In this document: positions 20,989-31,020 of the stretch, one piece after another | How the letters are laid out: every line of letters begins with the position of its first letter | Position numbering within the stretch: the first letter of the stretch is position 1 | Source of the DNA: a virus | Direction: 5' to 3' (one strand) | Length of the DNA: 64,000 nucleotides | Virus record (IMG/VR): IMGVR_UViG_3300012985_000010 | Coordinates: 8,395-72,394 of that record | Made by a program: the position numbers and the translations under genes | The notes under the pieces: model-generated | The model's database searches: none | What the model was told of the DNA's origin: nothing | What the model saw: only the letters and a program-made list of their open reading frames with translations

Positions 20989-23900
20989 TACTTAATCACC
21001 CTTTCTCTACCTAGTTTAACATCCCTCTTCCTCAAAGCCGCAGTGACACCGGCCTCAACGTCAACCTCGCTGTTTACAGGGCCGTAGAAGTTGACCTCGA
21101 CCTTCTCGCCAGCGATGACATTGCCGTTTGCGCTCAACTGGTTAGCCAGAGCCTCAAACTTGCTGGTAATAGGTGATGTAAGGACGGCCTCGCCCTTGTG
21201 AAGGTTAGCCAGGGTGTTGTCGTAATTGATCTTTGCGCCACTAGCCAACTGCGGAATCTTCAACTGAGGAAGACGACCATAATCAACCTTGTCATAGCCA
21301 TGACCAATTCCCTCGACCCGGACCTGTGCGCCAGTGTGAGGAGCGTCAATCATCTGTCCGTTTCCGACGTACATTCCGACGTGATGGGCAACCTGCTCCC
21401 CCTTGTGGGTAAAGAATACTAGGTCGGCTGGGACGGCATCTGCACCGTCAATCGACTTAGAGTAGTTCTTCTGCGCGTCAGCAACACGAGGAATCGACAG
21501 TCCTGCCTGGCGGGCTGCGTACTGGATAAGTCCAGAACAGTCGAATCCGATCTTAGGATTCTCTCCACCCCAGACGTACGGTAGGCCCAACTGAGCGTAT
21601 GCTGCCCTAAGCATTGCGTTTCGGGCCTCGGCGCTCTTCATTCCGCTAAGTACAGGTACGTTAGCGCCTGCGCCGCCGCCTGTTGATGCGTTTGCGCTTG
21701 CGGTCGCATCCTGCGCGGTGGCGATCTGAGACATTGCTGTATTTACAGCCATTCTTCCGATAGTAGGAAGAAGCATCCTAGACATTGCTGAACCAAGGAT
21801 GCCGCCGTAATCCTGACCGACCATTCCACCCTTAGCGAACCTAGGGAACTTGCGCTTATTGACAGACTCCATGAACTCTGGACCGTAGTGGTTTACAGCC
21901 TCGGCAGTGTGTACAAACTCTCCATGAGACAGCCATGCTGGAATCTTGTCATCCTTTGGACCACCAGGGCCGCTTACAGAACCTCCATCAGCGAATCCAG
22001 CCAGACCGGCTCCGATTGCCAACGTGGTGTCGCTCTGACCGTTTGCACGAGCAGCGAAGTATTCAGCGACGGACATCTTTGGAGAGGCACCGGCCATCAA
22101 GGCCTGGCCGCGAGCAGAGACCTTGATTCCCAGAGCGTCAGCAATGGTCTTAATGGTGAACTGGCGAGCAGCCTCGGCCAACTTAGGGTCCTTGCTTTCC
22201 TTGTTGATCTTAGAACCAGTGCGCTTTCCTAGTCCGTCCCATGCGTCGGTCCACAGGGTAGCAGCGGTCTTTGCAGAGACGCCGAACTTAGGAGCGTACT
22301 TCTCAGCGACCTTCCAGGTAGCAGCAACGTCGCCCTTGGCCTCAGCAAACTCTGCCTTCATTGCCTTGACGATCTTTTCCTGGTTCTCCTTCCACTTTTC
22401 AGCAGCCTTGTTGGATGCCGTGGCAGCAGCCTCGGTTGCCTCAATCCTCTTGTCAGAAGCCTTTTGTGCAGACTCGACAGAAGCCTCGTCAGCAGCCTTC
22501 ATCTTAGCCAATGCTGTTTCTGCTGCCTCGACCTTCTTGTCACGCTCGTTTTCAATTGCAGCGATCTTCTTGTCAGCAGCATTTCCAGCGGCAGCGTTCT
22601 TGTCCTCCAACTTGTTGTTCTGGTTGAAGGCGTCACGCTCGTTACGGATACGGGCTGCGGCGAACAGGTCTCCACCAGCGACGGCCTCATTGTAGTCTAC
22701 ATTGTAGTTCTTCAATGCGGTTAGTCGACGGATACGCTCCTGCTCTGCCTCGAATGCTGCCTTACGCTTGTCCTCGGTACGCTTGATTGCGTCGATTTCC
22801 TTGTCAGCATTCTTCTTGATCTTGTCGATGTTATCCTGGGCAGCCTTTTCCTTCTTGTCAAAGCCATCCTTTAGGGCCTTCATCTTGGCCTGCTCAGCCT
22901 CGCGCGTGTCCTTTACCATCGCAGCGTTAGCCTCACGGGTGTTCTCGACGTAGTTCTTAACGTAGTCGTCTACGGCTGAACTGAATGCACCGGCGAAGTC
23001 AGAAGTTGCCTTCTCGATTCCAGTGGTCATTTCTCCGACAGCGACACCAAATGCAGCACTAGAAGCGGCTGCGGCGTCAAGACCTCCTGCGTACATGGTC
23101 AAACCACCACCGGCAGCCTGAGCGAGTCCGACGACCTTTGCTAGGTCAGGATTTAGTGCCACCGTTGAGGCAGTCATTGCGTCTGTTGAACCCTGAACAA
23201 GGTTCAGAGTATTGGCAAGAGATCGGCCAGGTGCTCCCATAGACTCTAGGGTCTTTAGCAGGTTGTCCCTACCGGCCTGGTCTAGAAGCATGAACTTGTC
23301 GACCAAGCCGTCTACACCCTGCTCGATTGGTACGCCGACGGATGCGAATAGAGACTGAATCTTAGGACCGTTAAGAGTGTCTGTAAGCATTGAATCTAGG
23401 ACGCCCTCGCCGTTCGTCTGTGCGACTAGGTCAGCCTTGATTGTTTCGTACATCTGCTGTAGGTTCTCGGTCAACTTACCGTTTTCAGGTGTGATCAGAC
23501 CGGCCTGGATACCGTCAGAAATGATGGTACCAAGTTCTGTACCGTACGCGCTAGCAGCCTCCTTGCCAGCCTTGAACTCGTCGGTAAGGAACATCCTTTC
23601 GCCGTCGTGAGGAATCTCAATTCCATTAGCGTCGTAGTAAGCCGAGACCTGATGAGAAAGGTCAACGTCAGGGCTAGCCTTAGAGGCATTAGCCTTTGCA
23701 GCGTTGAACATTTCCTCCTTATCCTTGCCCTTCGCCCATCCTGAAAGTTCAGCGACGACCTTTACGGTAAGCGTTGTCTTGTCTAGGGCCTGGCCGAGAG
23801 CGTTTAGGAACTGGTCGGCCTGCTGAGGTGAAACGCCCTTGATGATAAGGCCGCTGTAGATTTCCTTCAGCCTTCTGGCTAGGTCTTCGTCGTCCAACTT

Positions 23901-26900
23901 CTTTAGACCGTCAATCATGTCAGCGTTGTTGCTCTTTACCTGATCGACCATTGTCTTAGAGGCAGCAGCGGCACCGGTTGCGTTTACGGTGTAGCCGTTC
24001 CACGCATCAGCAGCGGGCTTCAACTTGAAGATATCGGCATTGTCAGCCGCGACGTTTGTAAACGTCTTCTTCATGTTGTCAGCAGCGTCCTTTGCGTCCT
24101 GAACGTACTTCTCCCACTTCTTCTTGTTGTTAGCGATCAGGATTCCGATACCGGCTGCGGCAATACCGATTGCTAGACCCCAAGGTCCGAACATAGCACC
24201 GGCAAGAGCCTTTCCAGCCATAGCCATTCTTCCAGCACCAGCAGTAACCCTGCTGCTCAGCCTTCCGATAGCACCGTCACCCATGTTGCCCATCTGGTTA
24301 GAGAAGTTCTGGCTGAACTTGGTGATTAGACCTCCCTCGCCTCCGAGGTTGGTCATCTGCTCTAGCATTGGAAGCATTGACATTGCGGTTCCGCCGATCA
24401 TTGCGAACTTACCGAATGCGCTGTCCATGTTTCCTAGGAACAGTGTAGACATTGATAGGAGCAGACCGAATCCACCGGCGACGTTTGCTACGTTACCGGC
24501 AATGTTCTTGGTGTGTACGACAGTCTCCTCGGCGTTGTCCGCTACCTCACGGGTCGCCCTGGCAGTTCCCTCAGCACTTTCCTGAGCAGAGTTATTGAAT
24601 GCCTGACCCCAGTTCGATGCAGGAGCGTTATTCTTTGCAGCGCGCTCCTTCTTCTTTTCAACCTTCTCCCACTCGGCGTACTCGGCCTGGTAACGCTCAC
24701 GAGCAGCCTGGTTTCCAGCGACAGCCTCGGCGTCAACCGTATCGCCCATTACTGGGTGTACCTTGTTACGCTTAGCCCTTGCAGCAGCAGCACCACCCTC
24801 GCCTGGGTTTAGACCGGCTGCCTCCATGTTGTTAACATTAAAGTCTACAAGTTCACCCTCGGCGTTCTCCATTGCCAAAGCAAGTTCCAGGCCAGTCTGG
24901 TCTAGAAGCCTAAAGACCCTGACGCTCTCTCCGGCAGCGTCCTTCATCGTGGTCATCTGGTACGAAACTGCGTCACCGGCAAGAGCCATGCTGGCAGACA
25001 TTTGAGGAATGGTGCGTGCAGTCTTTGTCTCAGGCGCAGGAAGCGGTACTAGTGGCTTAGGGTTCGGCGCTGGACGCTCAGAGGATAGGGGGGTGTCGAA
25101 CGTGAACTCGTCTGGGTTTAGACCCTCACGAGCGACAGACTTACGAGCGTACTCCCTCCACGAGTCACCTACTCCGACGACCTGCTGCTTAAACTCTTCA
25201 TCGACACCATTGCCGAGACGAGTAAGCATCTGTCCCATTTCCTCGGCGCTCTTGCTCGTTGCTGCCGCGATGTGGAACTTAAGGCTGTTCATCAGTTCAG
25301 GGTTTCTAGTTGCCTCGGCCCAAAGAGCGGCACCGCCCTCGTTGTAAAGCCTGAACATACCCTCCTGCTGTCCAGCAATGAACGTTGGGTCGAACTCTCC
25401 TGGCATTACGGATGGGTTTCCACCGGACTTGCCTCGTGCGGCACGTCCCTGGTTTCCGGTCACGCTCTCCATGAATCCGTAGAATGGGTTGAAACTCTTT
25501 CCACCGTACTTCGCACCGTGTACAGGGTCCTCAGATGAAATGAAGTGGCTGTACTCTGTACCGGGACGGTTCGGGTTCTGCAGCATTGTTGCGGTTTCCC
25601 TCAGGGCTGCAGCAAATACTGGGTCGGCATCCTGAAGGTTTGCAGCGACACGGTTTAGTGTGGACGAGATAGACTTCATCTTGTCTACGCTTGCCTGGAA
25701 TAGAGGGGTGGAGTCTCCGATGGTTGGGTTCTGAATGGTAGCACCAACGAATGGACGACCAGAGAAGGATTCTCCAAGCATCTGTGCGGCCATTGCCATA
25801 AGCATGTGGTTAGACTTTACAGAACCTCCACCCTTACCACCAGAGGTTGCTGCTGGTAGACCGGAGCCTGTAATCAAGAATGGGTTCTGTGATCCGTACG
25901 AGACCGGCGATGAAACTACGCCAGCAGCACGACGATGCTCGCCGCCTAGGTTAAGCGCAGCGACAGAGGCTCTCATAGCATCCGTTGCCGTCTTAATTGC
26001 AGCCGCGTGGTCGAATACAGCCTGGGTGTCCTTGTCTAGGGACGCCATGTGTGCGATTGTCTGTGGGTCTAGAGGCTGCTCGAACTCTGGACGTGGACGA
26101 CCCATCATGCGTGCGCCAAAGCCTCCAAGAAGGTTCCAGCCCTTCTTGATCTGACCGACGAAGTTAGCCATGATACCCAGGGTCATAACAGCAGGTCCTA
26201 GAATTGCTCCAAGGGCCGTCACGACCTCAACAATTGTCTTGACCGAGTCAGGTAGGGCGTTGAACATCTTTAGAATCTTGTCGATGAATCCCATGATTGG
26301 CAGGGCGATCTGTACGAAGTCCTGACCAACAGAGATCATATCGTTCTTGATTGAGTTAATGGCACGCTGCCACCTATTGCTTAGGGATTCGGTCTTCTGC
26401 TTCATTTCCTTGTCGGCAATGACGCCCAACTGACCGGCAGACATACCCATCAACTTCATAATCTCTAGGGTCTGTGAACCCTCCGCGCCAATGTTCTCGA
26501 ACAGGGCGCTCATACGAGCAAACTGGTACTTACCGAACAAGGCTGCGATGGACTGAGAACGAGCCAGTCCGTCTAGTCCTGACAGTTCCTTTTGCAGGGC
26601 TAGAATGGTTGGGGTCAACTGGCCCTTGTTTGTCTCTACGATAGACTCGATGTCAATGCCGTATCCAGCAAGAATCTTCTTTGCCTTCGTAGAAGGATTG
26701 ATGATGGAAGCCAGACCAGCCTTTAGAGCATTAGCACCTTCTGCTGCTGAGATACCACCTTCACGCATAGCGGTCATGTATAGGGCTAGGTCTTGTACGT
26801 CTCCACCCAGAGCCTCGACAACAGTACCGGCGCGAGGGATTGCCTCGGTCATGTCACTCATGCTTAGGCTGGTTGCGTTTTCAGCAGCGTTCAGGAAGTT

Positions 26901-27830
26901 AATACTGTTTGCTAGTTCCTCGTTGTTCTGCTTGAATGCTGTCTGTAGGGAAAGGGTGGTCTTCATAGCGTCCTGGCGCTCAATGTCACCAAGTACCATC
27001 AGACGGTTAGTTGAAGTGATGGTCTTTAGAAGATCGGAGCCCTCCTTACCCGTAGCAGCAATGTCTGCTGAAAGGTCTAGTAGGTCGTTCAGTGACGTAC
27101 CAGTCGATTCAGAAAGTCCCTGGGTCAGGTCCATGACCTGAGCCTTGATCTGCTTAATTCCCTCGGTTGTGGTACCGGTGACGCCGGAACCGTAAACCTT
27201 AGCCAGGTTGGTCAGGCGCTTGTCAGCGTCAAGGAATACCTTGGCTGCTGTGGCACCGAAGATTACTACAGGAAGGGTAAGACCAACGGTCAACTGACGA
27301 CCGGCCCACTGGGTATTCTTACCCCAGTTAATCAGGCTCTCGTTGGACTTCTTTAGCAGGGTGTTCATGACAGCCTGCTCCTGGTTGAACAACTTCGCAG
27401 CGTCGGTCGTCTTGTTTATTCCGTTTGGAGTAGCGACGAGCATTTCACCGCCACCTCTATTGAAGGTGACGGAGTTCATCATACGCTGCTGGTATTCAGC
27501 GAGTTGCCTTACTTCACCGGCAACTCCACGGCGGTACTCTCTAATGGCACGTCGGTATTCGCCCAGGCTCAACTGGTTCTTTGCGAGCCTCTTTCCGAAT
27601 TCATCAACCTGCTTGCCAACATTGACCAGTCCGACATCGAACTGGCCGCTGCCCTTCATAATGCTGGTCCACTTTGAAGATGCCGAGTTCAGGGCAGCCT
27701 GCTGAGCAGTAATACCCTGAATCAACTTAAGATGGGCAGCCATCTTAGCGTTCAATGTATCAATCTGGGCGTTCAGAGAACCCATATTGGTTAGTACATT
27801 GAACCGGACATCAATCATCGTGTCAGTCAT
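20988..27830 (-). CDS. tape measure protein with C-terminal NlpC/P60 peptidase
   Basis: 2280 aa, Ala-rich helical TMP core, follows the chaperones; GLPYVWGG...FDCSGL...HVGMY NlpC/P60. Confidence 0.95.
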   Translation of the reverse strand: MTDTMIDVRFNVLTNMGSLNAQIDTLNAKMAAHLKLIQGITAQQAALNSASSKWTSIMKGSGQFDVGLVNVGKQVDEFGKRLAKNQLSLGEYRRAIREYRRGVAGEVRQLAEYQQRMMNSVTFNRGGGEMLVATPNGINKTTDAAKLFNQEQAVMNTLLKKSNESLINWGKNTQWAGRQLTVGLTLPVVIFGATAAKVFLDADKRLTNLAKVYGSGVTGTTTEGIKQIKAQVMDLTQGLSESTGTSLNDLLDLSADIAATGKEGSDLLKTITSTNRLMVLGDIERQDAMKTTLSLQTAFKQNNEELANSINFLNAAENATSLSMSDMTEAIPRAGTVVEALGGDVQDLALYMTAMREGGISAAEGANALKAGLASIINPSTKAKKILAGYGIDIESIVETNKGQLTPTILALQKELSGLDGLARSQSIAALFGKYQFARMSALFENIGAEGSQTLEIMKLMGMSAGQLGVIADKEMKQKTESLSNRWQRAINSIKNDMISVGQDFVQIALPIMGFIDKILKMFNALPDSVKTIVEVVTALGAILGPAVMTLGIMANFVGQIKKGWNLLGGFGARMMGRPRPEFEQPLDPQTIAHMASLDKDTQAVFDHAAAIKTATDAMRASVAALNLGGEHRRAAGVVSSPVSYGSQNPFLITGSGLPAATSGGKGGGSVKSNHMLMAMAAQMLGESFSGRPFVGATIQNPTIGDSTPLFQASVDKMKSISSTLNRVAANLQDADPVFAAALRETATMLQNPNRPGTEYSHFISSEDPVHGAKYGGKSFNPFYGFMESVTGNQGRAARGKSGGNPSVMPGEFDPTFIAGQQEGMFRLYNEGGAALWAEATRNPELMNSLKFHIAAATSKSAEEMGQMLTRLGNGVDEEFKQQVVGVGDSWREYARKSVAREGLNPDEFTFDTPLSSERPAPNPKPLVPLPAPETKTARTIPQMSASMALAGDAVSYQMTTMKDAAGESVRVFRLLDQTGLELALAMENAEGELVDFNVNNMEAAGLNPGEGGAAAARAKRNKVHPVMGDTVDAEAVAGNQAARERYQAEYAEWEKVEKKKERAAKNNAPASNWGQAFNNSAQESAEGTARATREVADNAEETVVHTKNIAGNVANVAGGFGLLLSMSTLFLGNMDSAFGKFAMIGGTAMSMLPMLEQMTNLGGEGGLITKFSQNFSNQMGNMGDGAIGRLSSRVTAGAGRMAMAGKALAGAMFGPWGLAIGIAAAGIGILIANNKKKWEKYVQDAKDAADNMKKTFTNVAADNADIFKLKPAADAWNGYTVNATGAAAASKTMVDQVKSNNADMIDGLKKLDDEDLARRLKEIYSGLIIKGVSPQQADQFLNALGQALDKTTLTVKVVAELSGWAKGKDKEEMFNAAKANASKASPDVDLSHQVSAYYDANGIEIPHDGERMFLTDEFKAGKEAASAYGTELGTIISDGIQAGLITPENGKLTENLQQMYETIKADLVAQTNGEGVLDSMLTDTLNGPKIQSLFASVGVPIEQGVDGLVDKFMLLDQAGRDNLLKTLESMGAPGRSLANTLNLVQGSTDAMTASTVALNPDLAKVVGLAQAAGGGLTMYAGGLDAAAASSAAFGVAVGEMTTGIEKATSDFAGAFSSAVDDYVKNYVENTREANAAMVKDTREAEQAKMKALKDGFDKKEKAAQDNIDKIKKNADKEIDAIKRTEDKRKAAFEAEQERIRRLTALKNYNVDYNEAVAGGDLFAAARIRNERDAFNQNNKLEDKNAAAGNAADKKIAAIENERDKKVEAAETALAKMKAADEASVESAQKASDKRIEATEAAATASNKAAEKWKENQEKIVKAMKAEFAEAKGDVAATWKVAEKYAPKFGVSAKTAATLWTDAWDGLGKRTGSKINKESKDPKLAEAARQFTIKTIADALGIKVSARGQALMAGASPKMSVAEYFAARANGQSDTTLAIGAGLAGFADGGSVSGPGGPKDDKIPAWLSHGEFVHTAEAVNHYGPEFMESVNKRKFPRFAKGGMVGQDYGGILGSAMSRMLLPTIGRMAVNTAMSQIATAQDATASANASTGGGAGANVPVLSGMKSAEARNAMLRAAYAQLGLPYVWGGENPKIGFDCSGLIQYAARQAGLSIPRVADAQKNYSKSIDGADAVPADLVFFTHKGEQVAHHVGMYVGNGQMIDAPHTGAQVRVEGIGHGYDKVDYGRLPQLKIPQLASGAKINYDNTLANLHKGEAVLTSPITSKFEALANQLSANGNVIAGEKVEVNFYGPVNSEVDVEAGVTAALRKRDVKLGRERVIK

Positions 27831-28186
27831 TAGTCAGTATCCACCATGTAGGCCTGCCCCATTTGCATTGCGTCGATAATCTCGTCTCCGATGTTATCTA
27901 CGTCAATGTCTAGGCCGAGCAGTTCCTTATCCGCGCGTAGTTTCGCACGGTCCTTGGCGCGGTCAAAGTCCGACTTACCGCCTTCATCAGGGTCTCCACC
28001 AGCAAGACGGACCTGGAACATCTTGTCCTCCAGGTCCTTCTCTCGCATAGCGTTAAGTGTCTCTAGTAGTTCAGGCATAGACAAATTCTCCTCTAGATCG
28101 GCGTAATTTCGCCAATGCCCTAGAAGAAACACCTCCCTTTCGTATTTGGCTAAGTCGACTTCCGACCAACTTAGCCCACTGTCGGA
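27830..28186 (-). CDS. tail assembly chaperone, frameshifted extension (gpGT-like)
   Basis: the -1 frame of the chaperone gene is open from the slippery site to the tape measure start. Confidence 0.8.
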   Translation of the reverse strand, partial: SDSGLSWSEVDLAKYEREVFLLGHWRNYADLEENLSMPELLETLNAMREKDLEDKMFQVRLAGGDPDEGGKSDFDRAKDRAKLRADKELLGLDIDVDNIGDEIIDAMQMGQAYMVDTD

Positions 28187-28485
28187 TTTGGGGAGTTTAC
28201 ACTCACCCCGCCCGCAACTTCCATGATTCTATTCATTGTTGGGAGGTCTAGCAAATCTGCTAGAACATCCACGTTGTCAGCGCCACTAACCTTGCCCTCT
28301 AGAATGATTGAGCAAGCCTCAAGCATGGCATCCAACTGCCCGTCCTGGTCATCAGGCTTTACGTCTGAAATCTTGCCGACGACCTCCATGAACTTACGCA
28401 GCCTCTTAATGTTGAGTGGACGGATCTCTACTACCTGACCGTCCTGCAATTCGAATTCTACAATGTCATAAACTGATGTAGCCAA
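28171..28485 (-). CDS. tail assembly chaperone (gpG-like)
   Basis: between major tail and tape measure; AGGAGG RBS, TTG start. Confidence 0.85.
   Translation of the reverse strand: MATSVYDIVEFELQDGQVVEIRPLNIKRLRKFMEVVGKISDVKPDDQDGQLDAMLEACSIILEGKVSGADNVDVLADLLDLPTMNRIMEVAGGVSVNSPNPTVG
28186..28192 (-). other. programmed -1 ribosomal frameshift site C CCA AAT
   Basis: XXXYYYZ heptamer in frame near the chaperone end; the -1 frame matches the downstream ORF. Confidence 0.8.
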
Positions 28486-28511
28486 AACAACCTCCTATGG
28501 TTATCTTGACA

Positions 28512-28570
28512 ATTGTACCGTTAGGGTGGTATAAAAGCAAACCCCGGTGCCCATGAGGACACCGGGGATG
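28512..28570 (-). promoter_or_regulatory. terminator hairpin fused to sigma-A promoter TTGCTT-N17-TACAAT
   Basis: the T-tail of the hairpin supplies the -35 hexamer. Confidence 0.7.
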
Positions 28571-28582
28571 CTTAAGCCTGAT

Positions 28583-29290
28583 TTAGGCAACGTCAACGAC
28601 GCGACCGTACTGCTGGGTAGATGCTCCGAGGTCAGGAAGAAGACGGAAAGATACAGGGAATACTGTAGCCTCCGTACGCTTTAGACCCTGGGTTGAAGAC
28701 TCAACAGAAATGGCACGGCTTGCAAGGTAGGCACGCTGGTTGGCGGTACCAGAGGTACCGCTTGGCTTGCCTCCTACGAAGAATAGGACGCGCTCCTGAG
28801 GAGAGTCACCTAGGGTTCCTGGGTTCATGATCAGACCAGCCTGAGTGGCAGAACCGTCATAGTTGGTAGGGGTGTAGTTTGATGCAGCAAGGTCCCAGAC
28901 ATATAGCAGGTTGTCTAGAGTTGGCTCAGCAAAAGTGGTCTTGACCGTAACGGTCATCTTCTGCTTGAACAACTTTGCAGCGTCAAGAATCTGGTCTACC
29001 TCTACCTCACCGTACTCTGGCGAGTAGGTTACCTCAACACCTTCCTGGGTTAGACCGGCGTCACGGAACTTTAGGGTTCCACCTGAAACGTTGACGGTGG
29101 TACCACCACCGGCAGTACCAGCAAGACCTGCAATCCAACCACGGTAGTCCTTAGGAGAACCGGAAGCGGAAGCCTTAATGTTGTTCCAGATTGAGTCAGT
29201 GTAACCAGTTGTAGGAGCAGCACCTGTTGCAATTGATCCAATTGCTAGGGACGCAGCACCGACAATGATGTTACTTGAAGTTGTACTCAT
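28583..29290 (-). CDS. major tail protein
   Basis: NIIVGAA...G.TQEGVEVTY.P....VEVDQ, PVSFRLLP; position in the tail operon. Confidence 0.9.
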   Translation of the reverse strand: MSTTSSNIIVGAASLAIGSIATGAAPTTGYTDSIWNNIKASASGSPKDYRGWIAGLAGTAGGGTTVNVSGGTLKFRDAGLTQEGVEVTYSPEYGEVEVDQILDAAKLFKQKMTVTVKTTFAEPTLDNLLYVWDLAASNYTPTNYDGSATQAGLIMNPGTLGDSPQERVLFFVGGKPSGTSGTANQRAYLASRAISVESSTQGLKRTEATVFPVSFRLLPDLGASTQQYGRVVDVA

Positions 29291-29367
29291 ATTTGATTTT
29301 CACCTCCCTGTAGTGAGAGTTCGTGAAAACTTACCTTCGTCATGGCTTTATAGTAGCCGAAAACGAC

Positions 29368-29859
29368 TTATGAAGCAACTCTTTTGTACGAGTAACTGAT
29401 TACGACAGGGGAGACCTGGCGTCCAGCCTCTTCAATTGCCGGGGCGGAAATGACGGCCTCGCTAATTGAGAAGTTGAAGAATAGGAAGTGCCCGTTATTG
29501 GTGGTTGCGAACTTGTTTACCTGATCTGCGGACACATCTGCCTTACCGAACTTGTCCTTTAGGAGTTCAAGGATTTCCAGGGTCTTTGACATGCTCCCAG
29601 TTACGATAGCCAGGGTAACCTCGTCCCTTAGCATCCAGTATTCTACCGGGTCCGTTGAGGTCACTAGGTCGTATACGATATGCGGCTTGTCCGAGAGTTC
29701 ATCCGAGAACTCGGGTAGGTCCTGAATTGGCAGGATTGGACTGATCGGATCAGAGAACCCGTTTAGGTAGTAGTCCTGGTCGTTAAAGACCTCTGTCTCG
29801 AATAGAACGTCTGACAGGTAGTTTCTGAACGTGTAAACGGCTGACTTCTTGTAATCCAT
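29368..29859 (-). CDS. tail terminator-like protein
   Basis: immediately upstream of the major tail gene; size fits. Confidence 0.65.
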   Translation of the reverse strand: MDYKKSAVYTFRNYLSDVLFETEVFNDQDYYLNGFSDPISPILPIQDLPEFSDELSDKPHIVYDLVTSTDPVEYWMLRDEVTLAIVTGSMSKTLEILELLKDKFGKADVSADQVNKFATTNNGHFLFFNFSISEAVISAPAIEEAGRQVSPVVISYSYKRVAS

Positions 29860-30602
29860 TATGGGTTCACCTCGGCAGCAATAGCCTTACCAACCGCACG
29901 GGCCTGAGCGAAGTTAGGTACACCGATTGTGATCTTTCCACTACGGCCCATTCTTGCAGCAGCCCTCTGTCCAACGTTTGTAAGGTATGTTGTGGTAATG
30001 TCCGACACCTTCTTACTTCCGTATGACTTGAAATAGTCCTTTGTTGCACGACGCATTGAGCCATGTACTAGCGGGCCTCCCGCGCGTGCGACGTTGACCT
30101 GCTTACGGGTAAACCTTAGACCGGACTTCTTCGTCGGGTCGTCAATAGCCATGAAACCCTTACCCCGTGGGCGGATTCTCACTGGTAGGCCGTACTCCAT
30201 TGTCATTGCCTTATTGATGAAGATGTAACGCTTCTTGACGACAAGGCCTGATGGACCGGGTGTCTGCTGGGCCTCGGTCAATGGGACTCGTGACTTGGAC
30301 GGCCTGAATCCAATCTGGAAAGCAATCTGCGTCTTAGCAGTACCGGACTTCATCTGGTTAAGGTCGAACAGACGCTTGGCGCTCTGGCCGATTCCATTGG
30401 TCTCATATAGGTGATGGAAGGCCTTTGGGTTAGCAGCAGCCTGAGCGTTAACGTATGAAAGAAATGAACGGTTCAACTGCCTGTGCGTCTCAGCACGGAG
30501 TCTCTCCATGTTCTTCACGTCCTCTGTCGCGTACTGTAGGGCGTACTTCACAGCAGCCGGTACCTCCACGAACTTATTGAACTCACTATGCACTCCACCC
30601 AT
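29859..30602 (-). CDS. neck / head-tail region protein
   Basis: basic protein within the connector cluster. Confidence 0.6.
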   Translation of the reverse strand: MGGVHSEFNKFVEVPAAVKYALQYATEDVKNMERLRAETHRQLNRSFLSYVNAQAAANPKAFHHLYETNGIGQSAKRLFDLNQMKSGTAKTQIAFQIGFRPSKSRVPLTEAQQTPGPSGLVVKKRYIFINKAMTMEYGLPVRIRPRGKGFMAIDDPTKKSGLRFTRKQVNVARAGGPLVHGSMRRATKDYFKSYGSKKVSDITTTYLTNVGQRAAARMGRSGKITIGVPNFAQARAVGKAIAAEVNP

Positions 30603-31020
30603 CAAGGGACTGCACCTCGGCTCGGTCAAGGAATACGTCGTACTCGATCTGTGTACCGAAAGGCTCGACTACCGGCGTCACACCGATTACATCGAAAATG
30701 GTAGGGTCCTCAGACGCACCCTCTTCGAGCCAGATGATTTCACCGTCGGAGCCACGCACGTTTGTCACACGCATGGTGTCGTCAATCTTGTACATGGTCT
30801 TGATACGCAGGTAGTCTTCCTTGCGGTAAATGTCGCGCCACTTGTCGGTGGTTCCGAAGTCCTTACCGCGCAGGTTTCCTAGGCCACGGGCCATTACGTC
30901 AATCGTCTCTACGAGCATCCAGACGCGCTCGATAGAGCCCGTCTCAGGGTCCTGACGCTTTTCCTGCTTAAAGACATCGGCCTTCATGTTGTACATTGAG
31001 CCAACAATGCACCCGAACAT
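30586..31020 (-). CDS. head-to-tail stopper
   Basis: QDPETGSIERVW...RVTNVR...FDVIGVTP; position. Confidence 0.7.
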   Translation of the reverse strand: MFGCIVGSMYNMKADVFKQEKRQDPETGSIERVWMLVETIDVMARGLGNLRGKDFGTTDKWRDIYRKEDYLRIKTMYKIDDTMRVTNVRGSDGEIIWLEEGASEDPTIFDVIGVTPVVEPFGTQIEYDVFLDRAEVQSLDGWSA

